The position numbers were made by a program, and so were the translations under genes. From a virus, in the IMG/VR virus record IMGVR_UViG_3300049489_001303, positions 64,001 through 128,000 of that record: a stretch of DNA of 64,000 nucleotides; one strand, 5' to 3'. Numbering within the stretch: the first letter of the stretch is position 1; the number at the start of each line of letters is the position of its first letter. Positions 18,072-27,781 of this stretch are shown piece after piece. The notes under the pieces are model-generated. The model worked only from the letters and a program-made list of their open reading frames with translations. It was not told the origin of the DNA and did no database searches.

Positions 18072-21000
18072 TTTTTCGCTGACTCGCTCCGCCCTGAAGT
18101 CTCTTTGGTCGTTTATAGGAATAGCACAATGGGAACAGCTTCTTAAAGAACATAAGCGCCCTCACGGTTTTCAACGGGTAAGCAACACTAAGTTGCGAGG
18201 GCTCTGCCTTAACCCGGATCACCATGATACCTCCCCGTCGTACTTTATCGACGTGGAAAAGGGGTACGCCAAGTGCTATGGCTCATCCTGTGAAGCCTAT
18301 GAAAGCGACCCGGTAAGACTCCTGTCCAGCATAATGGGCAAGACGATACCAGAGACTCTCCGTTTCATCGTAAACACTTACAAGCCCCCGTTTATTTCTT
18401 CTAAAGCTGCCGAGAAATTCGAGAAGTTCCAGCGTCATCAGGAGATGAAATCCCAGATCTTCCTTGCCTCCCAGCAACTCATGCTGCAGGCGCTGGCAGA
18501 TATGGAACACCCGGACAACGCCTGGGCCCGGCCGTCGCTGGAATGGCTGATCAACACTCGAAAATTACCTGCAGACTACCTTTATGCGCTCCCTGTAGCC
18601 CTTCTCCCGGACATCCATGCTCTGCAGAGCGTCCTTATACAGGTCTATGCCCTGAAGAAAGAAGAATGGCTGAGTATCCCCACTATCCACCGGGGGCCTG
18701 AGCCGTTTGACCACAGCGGCAACGCTGTGAAGTATCTGGCCGATGCCATTAAGAAGGGTCTCACCGGGGCTGTCATGTTCCCCTTGCACTCTTCCCCCCA
18801 GGACATCTGCCGCTTCAAGCTCAGATCTCCGGACGTTAACATCGGTGACCCCAAGCTGATTTATATTGTTGACGACCTGCAAGATGAGCAGCTGGGCCTC
18901 TACGGCCTTGGGTGGGGACCTTATGCGGCTATGCTCAGAAAGCATGAAAGCACCCGGGAAGTAGCTATCACTGAGGGGGAGTTTGATGCCCTCAGCATCA
19001 TGGCTCATTGTGTCACCCATAAAATAGAGCCCCCCATACCGGTACTGTCTGTAGGTGGTACTGGCGGAGCCAAAGAGATCGAGGCTGTTCTCGACAGTGT
19101 AGATGCCTCCAAGATCTACATGATCGGTGACGCCCCGGATAAGTCAGGTAATGAGGTGATTCAGACCTGGCTTAAGTCCTGCACGAAGATCCCCATCCAG
19201 GTATTCACTGGCTGGGAAGATCTGTCTCCAGCTAAGGACCTGGACGAAGCCGTCAACATGCAATCGGTGGGTATCGAGAAGGTTCTGGACACTATCTTCA
19301 ACCGTAGAGAAGACACCTACACTTCGGTGTGGCGTTGGCTCTACGACTTGACCTGCCCCCAACTGGACCTACTCAAAGAGGACGATGTACGCGGTAAAAT
19401 AGACGTCGTCTCCGGCTTCAGTGGTGTCATCAACAACGCCATCGAACGCCGGCAGTACACTGACGCCATTGCCGAGCATTATGACCTGAATCCCAGCCTT
19501 GTCTACCGGGAAGCCACCACCAAGAACGACACTCCTATGGGGTTTGTTGTGCGGATAGCTGAGGCTATTCTGGACATCATGACCGTTGTAGGCACCCAGG
19601 TCGTGGGTGGTGGCCGTGAGCTTGTGCTATTCAACCGTGGCAGAGAAACCTTTCACACCGTAACACTGGACAGTGAACGCTCCATTATTCAGGAGTTGGC
19701 TCCGGTAACCGGTGTCCTCCACAAGTTCATCGAAGAGCATGTGGGCTGGCCTCCCTTCCTGGAGCCGCTGGACGACGCGGACCCCCTCACTTACAAGAAG
19801 AACAGCGAAGCAATTCGTTCTTACACCAAGGACGCAATTTTGTATTTAGCGAGAGGTACAATGGACATAAATGCAGGCCGGAAATACCGGCAAGGTTACT
19901 ATCGAATAGAACGCCATGATGGCGAAGTTGTCGAGGTTGTTGTCTGCGGAACTTCCGTGTTCCACCTGATCCGGGATGGGGTAGATGTTCAGTACGAACT
20001 CCTTCCCGGGCCGGTGTATAAGGACATCATCTTTGACGTGGGCTTCACCAACAGCGCAGATACCCGTCCGTGGTTTCCGGGCGGACTGAACGTTCCCATG
20101 CTGAACAAAGCCTCCAAGATGGACCTCAAGAGGCTCTATCTGGATCTCGTCAAGGTCTACACTGAAGGTTGGTCCTTCAAAGACCACGACATCACTTGCC
20201 AGATGCTGGCGGCCTCGGTGATGTGCTTTCCCATCATGGATGCCTTCTTCCGTCCTATCGTACTGTTCCTGACGGGCGACTCCAACTCTGGTAAAACCAG
20301 CTTCGTGTCCTCTATCTCCCCTATCGGATACGCGGGCCTGAGGCTCCTGTGGTGCTCTCAGGGTAACGACGGCTACACTGCCGCCGCCACCGCCCGTAAC
20401 ATGGACGGGGACAGCCGTCTGATGGTCCTGGATGAGTTTGAGCGCAATGATGACTCCAAGGGTGCTCACATTCAGGCCATTCTCAGTATGACACGCGGTC
20501 TCGTCTCCGGACACGCCACCCGCGTGTTGAGCAACATGGGTGGCACCAGCAGTACCGGTGCCGGAAGCACCACAACAGACCAGTACTTCCGTCTGCCAGT
20601 GGTGTTCGCCGGTATTCAGGGCGCCGAGCAGCTTCAGGATCTCAATCGACTGCTCATCGTCACCACCCAGAGAAAACTGTTCCACACCAACCCCCAGCAA
20701 TCCGTTTACGCCGCGTTCACCATCGAGCGCCTCGACGAAATGCAGGTGGAACTCAACGCTGGTATTTATGCCTACGCAGATGATCTCCGCACCATTTCTG
20801 AAGATCTGCGCAAGAACTATCACAAAATGTGCATCCGCCTCAACGTTCAGGCCGAAGAGCGTTGGGCCACAGGCCTCATGCCGGCGCTGGCGGTCATGAA
20901 GCTCATCGGTCTTGATTATGAAGCCTTCTTTCAGGCCTACGTAGAAGCCCATAAGTACACGATCAAGCGCGTTGAAACCACTACCGAGTCCCACGCAGCA

Positions 21001-21564
21001 CTCACCTCGATCATGCACAATGCATGCATCAAGCAGGTGGACGGCCCAAATATATCTCTGGCGCAGCTCCTGGTTATCCCGGAACGCCGCTCAGAGGTTA
21101 ACTCGGCAAACAAGGGCGTCTTCTACGACCCTGAGACGCAACAGATCCTGTTCCTCGCTTCTACCGTTTACAACTTACTGCCCCCACATATGCGCCGTTC
21201 CCTGGCAACAGCACAGCACGTGCGCACAGTCCTGGAACGCCATGACTCCGCTATCAAACCGACCTCCATCGAGGAGTCCGGAATTCTTAAAAGGATTGTG
21301 AGCAAAATGGGTGCCAATATCACTCTTAATGACGTTATTGTGCTGGATGCCATGAGCTGGCTCCAGGCTGCCAAAGAAAACCGCATAACCGCGGAAGACG
21401 GAGTGAAGAATGTCGGACAAGCCAAGCTGGATGGACCTGCTTCCAAATCCCCAACCCTTACAGCAGTCGCTGAATCTGACGCTGGTTCCAGAACTGCCGA
21501 TGGCCTTATTGATGGAGCCACTCTCGGAGATGCCTGGGGCGGAGACGACGACTCCGACGCCTGA
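18052..21564 (+). CDS. DnaG-type primase (Zn finger + TOPRIM) fused to a P-loop NTPase/helicase
   Basis: CLNPDHHDTSPS...KCYGSSC zinc finger. TOPRIM ITEGEFDAL, IGDAPDKSG and KDLDE. Walker A GDSNSGKT and Walker B MVLDEFE. Confidence 0.85.
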   Translation: MAKQKNDFSLTRSALKSLWSFIGIAQWEQLLKEHKRPHGFQRVSNTKLRGLCLNPDHHDTSPSYFIDVEKGYAKCYGSSCEAYESDPVRLLSSIMGKTIPETLRFIVNTYKPPFISSKAAEKFEKFQRHQEMKSQIFLASQQLMLQALADMEHPDNAWARPSLEWLINTRKLPADYLYALPVALLPDIHALQSVLIQVYALKKEEWLSIPTIHRGPEPFDHSGNAVKYLADAIKKGLTGAVMFPLHSSPQDICRFKLRSPDVNIGDPKLIYIVDDLQDEQLGLYGLGWGPYAAMLRKHESTREVAITEGEFDALSIMAHCVTHKIEPPIPVLSVGGTGGAKEIEAVLDSVDASKIYMIGDAPDKSGNEVIQTWLKSCTKIPIQVFTGWEDLSPAKDLDEAVNMQSVGIEKVLDTIFNRREDTYTSVWRWLYDLTCPQLDLLKEDDVRGKIDVVSGFSGVINNAIERRQYTDAIAEHYDLNPSLVYREATTKNDTPMGFVVRIAEAILDIMTVVGTQVVGGGRELVLFNRGRETFHTVTLDSERSIIQELAPVTGVLHKFIEEHVGWPPFLEPLDDADPLTYKKNSEAIRSYTKDAILYLARGTMDINAGRKYRQGYYRIERHDGEVVEVVVCGTSVFHLIRDGVDVQYELLPGPVYKDIIFDVGFTNSADTRPWFPGGLNVPMLNKASKMDLKRLYLDLVKVYTEGWSFKDHDITCQMLAASVMCFPIMDAFFRPIVLFLTGDSNSGKTSFVSSISPIGYAGLRLLWCSQGNDGYTAAATARNMDGDSRLMVLDEFERNDDSKGAHIQAILSMTRGLVSGHATRVLSNMGGTSSTGAGSTTTDQYFRLPVVFAGIQGAEQLQDLNRLLIVTTQRKLFHTNPQQSVYAAFTIERLDEMQVELNAGIYAYADDLRTISEDLRKNYHKMCIRLNVQAEERWATGLMPALAVMKLIGLDYEAFFQAYVEAHKYTIKRVETTTESHAALTSIMHNACIKQVDGPNISLAQLLVIPERRSEVNSANKGVFYDPETQQILFLASTVYNLLPPHMRRSLATAQHVRTVLERHDSAIKPTSIEESGILKRIVSKMGANITLNDVIVLDAMSWLQAAKENRITAEDGVKNVGQAKLDGPASKSPTLTAVAESDAGSRTADGLIDGATLGDAWGGDDDSDA

Positions 21565-24500
21565 GGACGGGGTTAAACCCAAGGCGAAGAGGGGACGAAA
21601 ACCCAATCCCAATGGCCCCAAGCCTAGAAAAAGGGCTCCGGCTAAAGAGGGCACAGACAAGATTCCGAAGGAGATCATAGAGTGCTCCCTGTGTCCTTCG
21701 GATTCCTGCTCCCATGAGGAGTGTGCTGCGTGTCCCGGTAAGGGGCACTACCACTACGCTCCACTGCCCAAGGACCGAGATGTGGATGTCTACTACGTGG
21801 GTATCTCCCCCATGTCCATGCGCGGGCCGTCACCGGATCCCAAGAGCCACTGCTACTGGGGTTCCTCCGAGGAGTCCTTGACGATGAGCGTTGTCTCAAG
21901 GGCTAAGAGCAAGGTGATCGGGGCTGAGACCCTGCAGGGCAGTAAAACCTATGCCGTACGCTGTGACAAAGAACGTCCCGGCGTACGGTTACTGGACTGC
22001 TGTCAGCATGTTCTCCGCAGAGAGATACTGGAAACGGCCAAGCCGGAAGGTCCGATATTTGTTATGGCCTTCGGTCTGGAGGTCGTTACGGCGTTGGGGT
22101 TCAAGGTCCGGAAGTTCAAAGAGGTTCAGGGCAAATTTATGGAGGGGATGCTGGGAGGGCGTAAGATCTACGTCTTCGCAGTTCTCTCTATCAAACAGTT
22201 GCTCAGTAAGTCCGGATACATCGATCTGCTGGAGAAGCAGGCCGAGAACTTCTTCCGTGCTGTTGTGAAGCAACACCGGAAGGGTTCTTCCCCGGTGGAG
22301 CACATGGCCCTGCCCATCGCCCAGCTGGCCGTAAACTACCGATTCCCGAAAACCTTGAAAGAGGTCGAGGAGCTGGTAACGGATATCATCGAATACGCCG
22401 GGCCGGGGATGTCCAAAGAGAACACCCCGATCGGTATCGACACAGAAACCAATACACTTAACCCCCACAAGGCGAAGCTTAAAATTCTCACCCTTGTTGT
22501 CTCCTGGGGACCGGGGCTGGCCGCCTCAATACCGCTGGAGCACTCAGAGTGCCTCTGGGCACTTAACGATGTGTTCCGGTACATTGACGCTCTTCTGACC
22601 TGCCCGAAGCCCAAGGTTGTTCACCACGGAAAGTTCGACTTGCGCGTTGTCATGGCCAAGGGTTTCACCGTCACTAACCTCGCATGGGATACACTCATCG
22701 GTGAGCACCTCCTGTGCGAGGACAAGACTGGCTACTATGGCCTGAAGGCCCTCACCACCACATACTTACCGAAGTATGCCGGCTACGAGGACGAGATGAA
22801 GGCCATCGACAATGCCCATCACACAGTAGGGCAGGACGAAGATAACGGCTTTGCGCATATTCCCCTCAAGGAACTTAACATGTACGGCGCCTGTGACGCG
22901 GATGTTACGCTGCAGCTGGCGATAACACAGCGGCGCAGGATGGCCAGAGAGTGCCAGGAGCTTGAGGATTTGTGCGGTAAGTGGCGTAATCATGGGGTGC
23001 CCAAGATCCGTAACAAGTGGGCCAAGGGTTCTCCCTACAGGAATCCGGGAGAAAACCTTATGCTCTCCCTGGCGCTGCCCCTCACTTATACACTGGCTCG
23101 TATGGAGTCTCATGGCTTCCCCGTCGATCGGGAATACGCCATAAAGCTGGCTGTGGAGCTGGACATCGGTATTGCCGAAGCCAGCAACAAAATATCAGCC
23201 ATGGTGCCGTCGGACCTGTTCGCCGACGGTTTCAACATGAACAGCGGCGCCCAGCTTAAACAGCTGCTGTTCAACACCGGCTATATCCACCCCGTCTCTA
23301 ACACGGTGGTTCACTATAGAGATCTTCCCCCCGAAAGGATCGAGCGCACCGACAACGGAGACATATCCGTCAAAGCCTCTTTCCTCAGGTATCTGAGGGA
23401 CTCCCTGGGATGTGTGCTGTCCGCCGCGTTGCTGGACTACCGGTCCTTGCACAAAGCGCGAAACACGTTCATCAAGAACATCATCGCGCAGAGTGAAGAC
23501 GACGGCCGGATGCACACCACGTTCAACATCACAGGAACAGCTACGGGCCGGCTGTCATCCAGTCACGAAAATATGCAGAACATCCCCTACGTGATCAAAG
23601 TGGGGATGGGGGATGACCGCAAAGAGTACAACATCAAAAAGATGTTCGTACCCACGTCCCCGGATATGCTGATATGCAACGCTGACGCCAAAGCCGCTGA
23701 GGTCCGCATCTACGCGGCATACAGCAATGACCCCAACCTGGTTAAAGCCCTCAAGGACGGGCTGGATCCGCACAGCTTCTTCGCCTCGGTGGTCTACAAC
23801 AAGAAGACCGTTCTCGAGGGTGTGCCCGCGGCCATGCATGATGACGCCCTCAGGGCTATCGGCATTGATCTGGCACACGACTGGAGCTATGACGACTTCC
23901 AGAACAGGAAGGACTTCAAGAAGAGCGACCCAGCCTACTACGCGCAGCTGGACTTCCTCCGCGGCGTTATCAAGAAGGTTGTATTCGGTATCCTCTATGG
24001 TGCCAGCAAGAACAAGGTGTCATCCCTTGTGGGCATCTCCGATGAGCAGGCACAGGCAATCATCGAGGTGCTGTTCCGTATGTTCCCGACGATCCCGGAC
24101 TACATTGACAACGTTAAGTCCCAGGTTCGTGACATCGGTACACTGGAAACGCTCACCGGTCGGCGCCGACGGTTTACACTGAAAGGCGCCTCCGGTAAAA
24201 TGAAAGCCCGAGCTGAGCGGCAAGGCGTTAACTTCAAGATCCAGTCCACGTCTTCCGACATTGTGATGGACACCATGTGTTCCATCGAGCAGCCTATCAG
24301 GGACCTTGGCGGTAACCTTCTTATCACCGTCCATGACTCCCTGGTGTTCCAGGTTCCCAAGAAAAACGTTCACTTAGTCCCCGCTCTTATCCAGAAGTAT
24401 TGTGTGGATCGAGTCGCTGAGAAATATCCCTGGCTCCCCGTCCCCTTCCTATGGGACGTCTCAGCCGGACCTTCCTATGGGGAGCAGTCCGGCATTGAGA

Positions 24501-24571
24501 CTCAGGAAGAGATTGAGGCCATGGACATGGAAGAACTCGAAACTCTAAATACTCTCGAATCCGAGGTATAA
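21410..24571 (+). CDS. polA: family A DNA polymerase with 3'-5' exonuclease and N-terminal UDG-like domain
   Basis: ExoI IGIDTET, ExoII HHGKFD and ExoIII YGACDA. TATGRLSS..NMQNIP. Motif A DAKAAEVR, motif B KKVVFGILYG, motif C TVHDS. The true start may be the later ATG at 21530. Confidence 0.92.
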   Translation: MSDKPSWMDLLPNPQPLQQSLNLTLVPELPMALLMEPLSEMPGAETTTPTPEDGVKPKAKRGRKPNPNGPKPRKRAPAKEGTDKIPKEIIECSLCPSDSCSHEECAACPGKGHYHYAPLPKDRDVDVYYVGISPMSMRGPSPDPKSHCYWGSSEESLTMSVVSRAKSKVIGAETLQGSKTYAVRCDKERPGVRLLDCCQHVLRREILETAKPEGPIFVMAFGLEVVTALGFKVRKFKEVQGKFMEGMLGGRKIYVFAVLSIKQLLSKSGYIDLLEKQAENFFRAVVKQHRKGSSPVEHMALPIAQLAVNYRFPKTLKEVEELVTDIIEYAGPGMSKENTPIGIDTETNTLNPHKAKLKILTLVVSWGPGLAASIPLEHSECLWALNDVFRYIDALLTCPKPKVVHHGKFDLRVVMAKGFTVTNLAWDTLIGEHLLCEDKTGYYGLKALTTTYLPKYAGYEDEMKAIDNAHHTVGQDEDNGFAHIPLKELNMYGACDADVTLQLAITQRRRMARECQELEDLCGKWRNHGVPKIRNKWAKGSPYRNPGENLMLSLALPLTYTLARMESHGFPVDREYAIKLAVELDIGIAEASNKISAMVPSDLFADGFNMNSGAQLKQLLFNTGYIHPVSNTVVHYRDLPPERIERTDNGDISVKASFLRYLRDSLGCVLSAALLDYRSLHKARNTFIKNIIAQSEDDGRMHTTFNITGTATGRLSSSHENMQNIPYVIKVGMGDDRKEYNIKKMFVPTSPDMLICNADAKAAEVRIYAAYSNDPNLVKALKDGLDPHSFFASVVYNKKTVLEGVPAAMHDDALRAIGIDLAHDWSYDDFQNRKDFKKSDPAYYAQLDFLRGVIKKVVFGILYGASKNKVSSLVGISDEQAQAIIEVLFRMFPTIPDYIDNVKSQVRDIGTLETLTGRRRRFTLKGASGKMKARAERQGVNFKIQSTSSDIVMDTMCSIEQPIRDLGGNLLITVHDSLVFQVPKKNVHLVPALIQKYCVDRVAEKYPWLPVPFLWDVSAGPSYGEQSGIETQEEIEAMDMEELETLNTLESEV

Positions 24572-24575
24572 CAAA

Positions 24576-24693
24576 GTATGATCGGCCCACCAGTTTGTTG
24601 GGGATGTTGAAACGGCATCGCTGATGGTTTCCGGGTAAATGAGGATGATCCTCCTGGTGGACATTCCACCTGGAGGATAATGAGCGATCATAC
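24576..24693 (+). ncRNA. retron msr-msd-like structured RNA, unit 1 (putative)
   Basis: Terminal inverted repeat GTATGATCG/CGATCATAC with G24585 opposite G24684. Two short stem-loops at 24586-24602 and 24603-24619. Longer hairpin at 24648-24678. Confidence 0.6.
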
Positions 24694-24699
24694 ATCAAA

Positions 24700-24856
24700 A
24701 AGTAACTGGCGGACTTCAGGGTCCAGGTGCAGAAACTGCATCACCGAAACCTTGCAAGGGCAGAGGACAAGCCTTAAACTTCCAGCCCGCGGCGCATTTC
24801 TCGAAGACTCGAGATGCGACGCCGGTGCGAAGTTTGAAGCCATTCAGCAGTTGCTT
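24700..24856 (+). ncRNA. retron msr-msd-like structured RNA, unit 2 (putative)
   Basis: Terminal inverted repeat AAGTAACTG/CAGTTGCTT (one G-U pair) with G24709 opposite G24847. Stem-loops at 24711-24724 and 24726-24742. Long imperfect hairpin at about 24771-24840. Confidence 0.6.
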
Positions 24857-24886
24857 CCGGGGTGCTAACCACACCCCGGTTTTTTT
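24857..24886 (+). terminator. rho-independent terminator
   Basis: CCGGGGTG-CTAACCA-CACCCCGG followed by T7. Confidence 0.85.
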
Positions 24887-24887
24887 G

Positions 24888-26528
24888 CTACTGGGTGAAC
24901 GTCAGATTGCCTGTGAGGATTTTGTGAGCAACCCACCCAAAGATCGCAGCGTGGAGACAGTCATCGGGTTTTGTGGGGTGTCTGTTCCAGATTTTACGCC
25001 CGGCCTTCGTGACCTCTTCAAAGACAGCCAGCATGTCATCTATGGCTTTCCCCATCAGAGAGAGGTCTGCAAACAGCATCTTCTCGCGCTTAAGCTCAAC
25101 GAAGAAGCTGTCTATCAGCGTGGTTCTGTCCGCCATATAGCGGTCGAGATCATTCCAGTTTATGGCCTTGGTCTGGGAACCATATTGAATCTGCAGGGTT
25201 CTGTGCGGGCCCAGCTTAGAGCGCAGCAGGCTGTTGGCTGTGTGCCCCTCACCCGCATCGCCCAGAACCATGGCCACGCCCCAGGCGTTGCACAGGTGGG
25301 CAATGTCATCGATAATATGGATAGGGTTCTTACCCTCGAAGATCTCATAGTACATTGTCATGAGCCGCTGGTCGCCGGGGCAGTATCCCCAGATCCACAG
25401 AGCTGTTCTGGAGATGCCCGTGGTGCCGCCGCCGCTCCAGTCCACTCCCGCCACATACTGACTGACCAGCTGCCGGTCCTTATCGTCAGGGCCCGTACGC
25501 TTCAGAGTCCTGCCAGTCATGCACAGGGCCTCGAGCTCTTCCTTGGAGATCATTCGAGCGCCCACGGAGTCGGACATGCCCAGAACCTCGTTCTTGAACA
25601 TGGTGGGCGACTGCTCACGGTGCTTGGTGACAATACGATTCCAGCGGCGTTCCGCGGCGTCTACAATATCCTGACTGCGGTAGATGGTCATGGCCGCCGG
25701 CACGTTGCGGGGCATGATCAGCTGGCTGAGGTGGAACCCCTGAATCTTATCCGCGGCGGTCTCCCCCAGGTGCGGTTTCAAGGGGTTCATATCCACCCAG
25801 TGGCCTTCCCGGGGATTCAGGTACTTACCGCATTTCAGACAAATGGGACCCTTGATGCCCATGGCTCGATCACTGTCAATGAACTGGTGCGTACCACACC
25901 CCTCACACTTCATCACCCACTCGGTCTGTGTGGAAAGGTCCCACAAGTACTGAATGGTGTTCTCTGTGGTCTTCGGCGTGCCGGCATAGGTCTCAAAACC
26001 ATAGTCAGAGTTCGACAGAGTTTCGTTGCCCACAGTGATGATCGGGTCGTACAGGAGGTCCTGAATCTCATCGTACATGTTTCTGTGGGTGGAGGGTCCG
26101 CGGAGGCGATCGGCGTTGTCGGTACCGTAAGCGAATAACATTTCGGAACCATTGGTGAATTGCTTGTGTAACACGCGATCGGTAAGCTCTGAGGTAAGGA
26201 AGATTTTATTCAGTATAGGTGAATAACGCATCGTCTTACTAACGCGTGTTGACGAGAACCGAACCGTTTGTTCTTTCGTGGGAGATACGAACATCGTCGA
26301 AAAATGTGGTATCAGAGCACACTCAGTAATGGAGAAGTTTGCCAGCGTGGTACTCTTTGCAACCTGTCGGCTTGTCTTGAAAAGTGTCCGGCGGTATCTT
26401 CCATCATAGAAAGCCCGGTGGGTGGGCCAATCGTCCAACCGAAAAGGCTTACCATCCAACAGGACCCAAGCTTCGGCAATAACACTGAGTGGGGCATTCA
26501 TATGCTGCATAACGTTTACATGTAACAC
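24888..26528 (-). CDS. terL: terminase large subunit
   Basis: Walker A-like KTSRQVAKST, LRG...MYDEIQD, AGTP, and a CxxC/CxxC insert. RNase H-like nuclease AGVDWSG, VLGDAG and PDDCLHA. Confidence 0.85.
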   Translation of the reverse strand: MLHVNVMQHMNAPLSVIAEAWVLLDGKPFRLDDWPTHRAFYDGRYRRTLFKTSRQVAKSTTLANFSITECALIPHFSTMFVSPTKEQTVRFSSTRVSKTMRYSPILNKIFLTSELTDRVLHKQFTNGSEMLFAYGTDNADRLRGPSTHRNMYDEIQDLLYDPIITVGNETLSNSDYGFETYAGTPKTTENTIQYLWDLSTQTEWVMKCEGCGTHQFIDSDRAMGIKGPICLKCGKYLNPREGHWVDMNPLKPHLGETAADKIQGFHLSQLIMPRNVPAAMTIYRSQDIVDAAERRWNRIVTKHREQSPTMFKNEVLGMSDSVGARMISKEELEALCMTGRTLKRTGPDDKDRQLVSQYVAGVDWSGGGTTGISRTALWIWGYCPGDQRLMTMYYEIFEGKNPIHIIDDIAHLCNAWGVAMVLGDAGEGHTANSLLRSKLGPHRTLQIQYGSQTKAINWNDLDRYMADRTTLIDSFFVELKREKMLFADLSLMGKAIDDMLAVFEEVTKAGRKIWNRHPTKPDDCLHAAIFGWVAHKILTGNLTFTQ

Positions 26529-26563
26529 ATTGAAAACAAAAACACAATAGGAGGGCTTTATTA

Positions 26564-27781
26564 ATGGCTTCAGAAAAGAAAGCAGACGTCAAGTACACCG
26601 AGATTCTCGACATTCCGCAGGTGACCATCAGCGAAGCCGAAGCGCATCTGCGCCTCAGCCTCGATTCAAATCAGCACCGCGGGGCTGTCATTCTGGTGGG
26701 AGAATCCGGCCTGGGAAAGACACAGATTGTTCAGCAGATTGCCGAGTCCACCGGACGCCGCCTGGCTATGTTAAATCTGGCGCAGTTCCTGACCATGGGA
26801 GCCGGTGTCCCACAGCGAACAGAGACCGGACACTTCACCATCGCCGTTCCAGATTTCTTTCCCAAACCGGGGGAGAAAGCCATCCTGTTCTGCGATGAAG
26901 TAAACCAGGGGGCTCCTCACTCCCTGGCTATGTTCTACAATCTGATTGAGGATCGTAGACTGTACAACTACGTGCTCCCCGACGATTGTTTGATCGTGGG
27001 CGCCATGAACCCCTCCGGAGGTTCCTACGCCGTGAGCGCCATTGAGCGCTCCCCCGCCTTCCGCCGGCGAGTGAAGTTCATGTACGTCATATCGGACTTC
27101 CGAGGATGGCTGGGACATGCAGCATCCACAGCGTTCCACAACGGAAGCAAGGGGCCGGCAAAGGGCAAAGCCTGTCATCCGAATGTTCTGGCATTCATAC
27201 GCGCCCACCCATCGGCACTGTACGATGGCCGCGCCAGAGACGCTGGCAAGCAGTACACCTGTCCCGCCACCGTGGAAACGGTATCAGAGGACTGCTGGAA
27301 TATGTTGGCCAACTGTGCTCATGCGCTGGACAGTGACTTCGCACACACACGATTCGCCTCGTCGATCGGTAACGCCATGGCCACCCAGCTGTGCGAGTAT
27401 ATCCGTGACAGCAGCACCACCATCGGCGCCGACGAGGTATTGACGAAGTACAAGACTGTGCAGGAAAAAGTGATTCAACTCCGGGACAATTCCGGGCAAG
27501 CCCAACTGGCGGACCTCTCTACAAACGTGGTGCAACTCATGTTCGCGACTACGCCCGACGTGGAAAAGACCGCGGACAACTTCCTGGCCTTTCTGCGAGA
27601 TCTTCCCAGGGATCAAATGGCCTCAGTCTGCACGTCCTTACGCACTGTCGCCTCAAACACCAACAGTATGGTCTACTTCCGACAGTTCATTATTGAGCTT
27701 AATGGGCGCCCGGATTGGTGTGCAATACAACAAGACATGGACCAGACTCACAGGTCCATTGCAGACAGTCTTCCGGCTTAA
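26564..27781 (+). CDS. MoxR/dynein-related AAA+ ATPase
   Basis: GESGLGKT, LFCDEVNQ, VGAMNP, PAFRRR; SD AGGAGG. Confidence 0.85.
   Translation: MASEKKADVKYTEILDIPQVTISEAEAHLRLSLDSNQHRGAVILVGESGLGKTQIVQQIAESTGRRLAMLNLAQFLTMGAGVPQRTETGHFTIAVPDFFPKPGEKAILFCDEVNQGAPHSLAMFYNLIEDRRLYNYVLPDDCLIVGAMNPSGGSYAVSAIERSPAFRRRVKFMYVISDFRGWLGHAASTAFHNGSKGPAKGKACHPNVLAFIRAHPSALYDGRARDAGKQYTCPATVETVSEDCWNMLANCAHALDSDFAHTRFASSIGNAMATQLCEYIRDSSTTIGADEVLTKYKTVQEKVIQLRDNSGQAQLADLSTNVVQLMFATTPDVEKTADNFLAFLRDLPRDQMASVCTSLRTVASNTNSMVYFRQFIIELNGRPDWCAIQQDMDQTHRSIADSLPA

Noticed and set aside
24600-24640. tmRNA 5' end or hammerhead ribozyme core
   Set aside because: There is no TTCGA T-loop or CCA 3' end, and CTGATGG is not the CTGATGA core with a properly placed GAAA.
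24680-24868. 62-aa + strand ORF, and 24387-24698 on the minus strand
   Set aside because: The GGAGG is very close to the ATG and buried in a stem, the ORF runs into the terminator, and no protein motif is evident. The repeated RNA architecture explains the region better.
24825-26138. Long antisense ORFs (437 aa here; also 19846-21018, 11342-12226, 5142-5984 and others)
   Set aside because: They lie opposite well-supported genes, which is expected with GC-rich third codon positions, and have no recognisable motifs.
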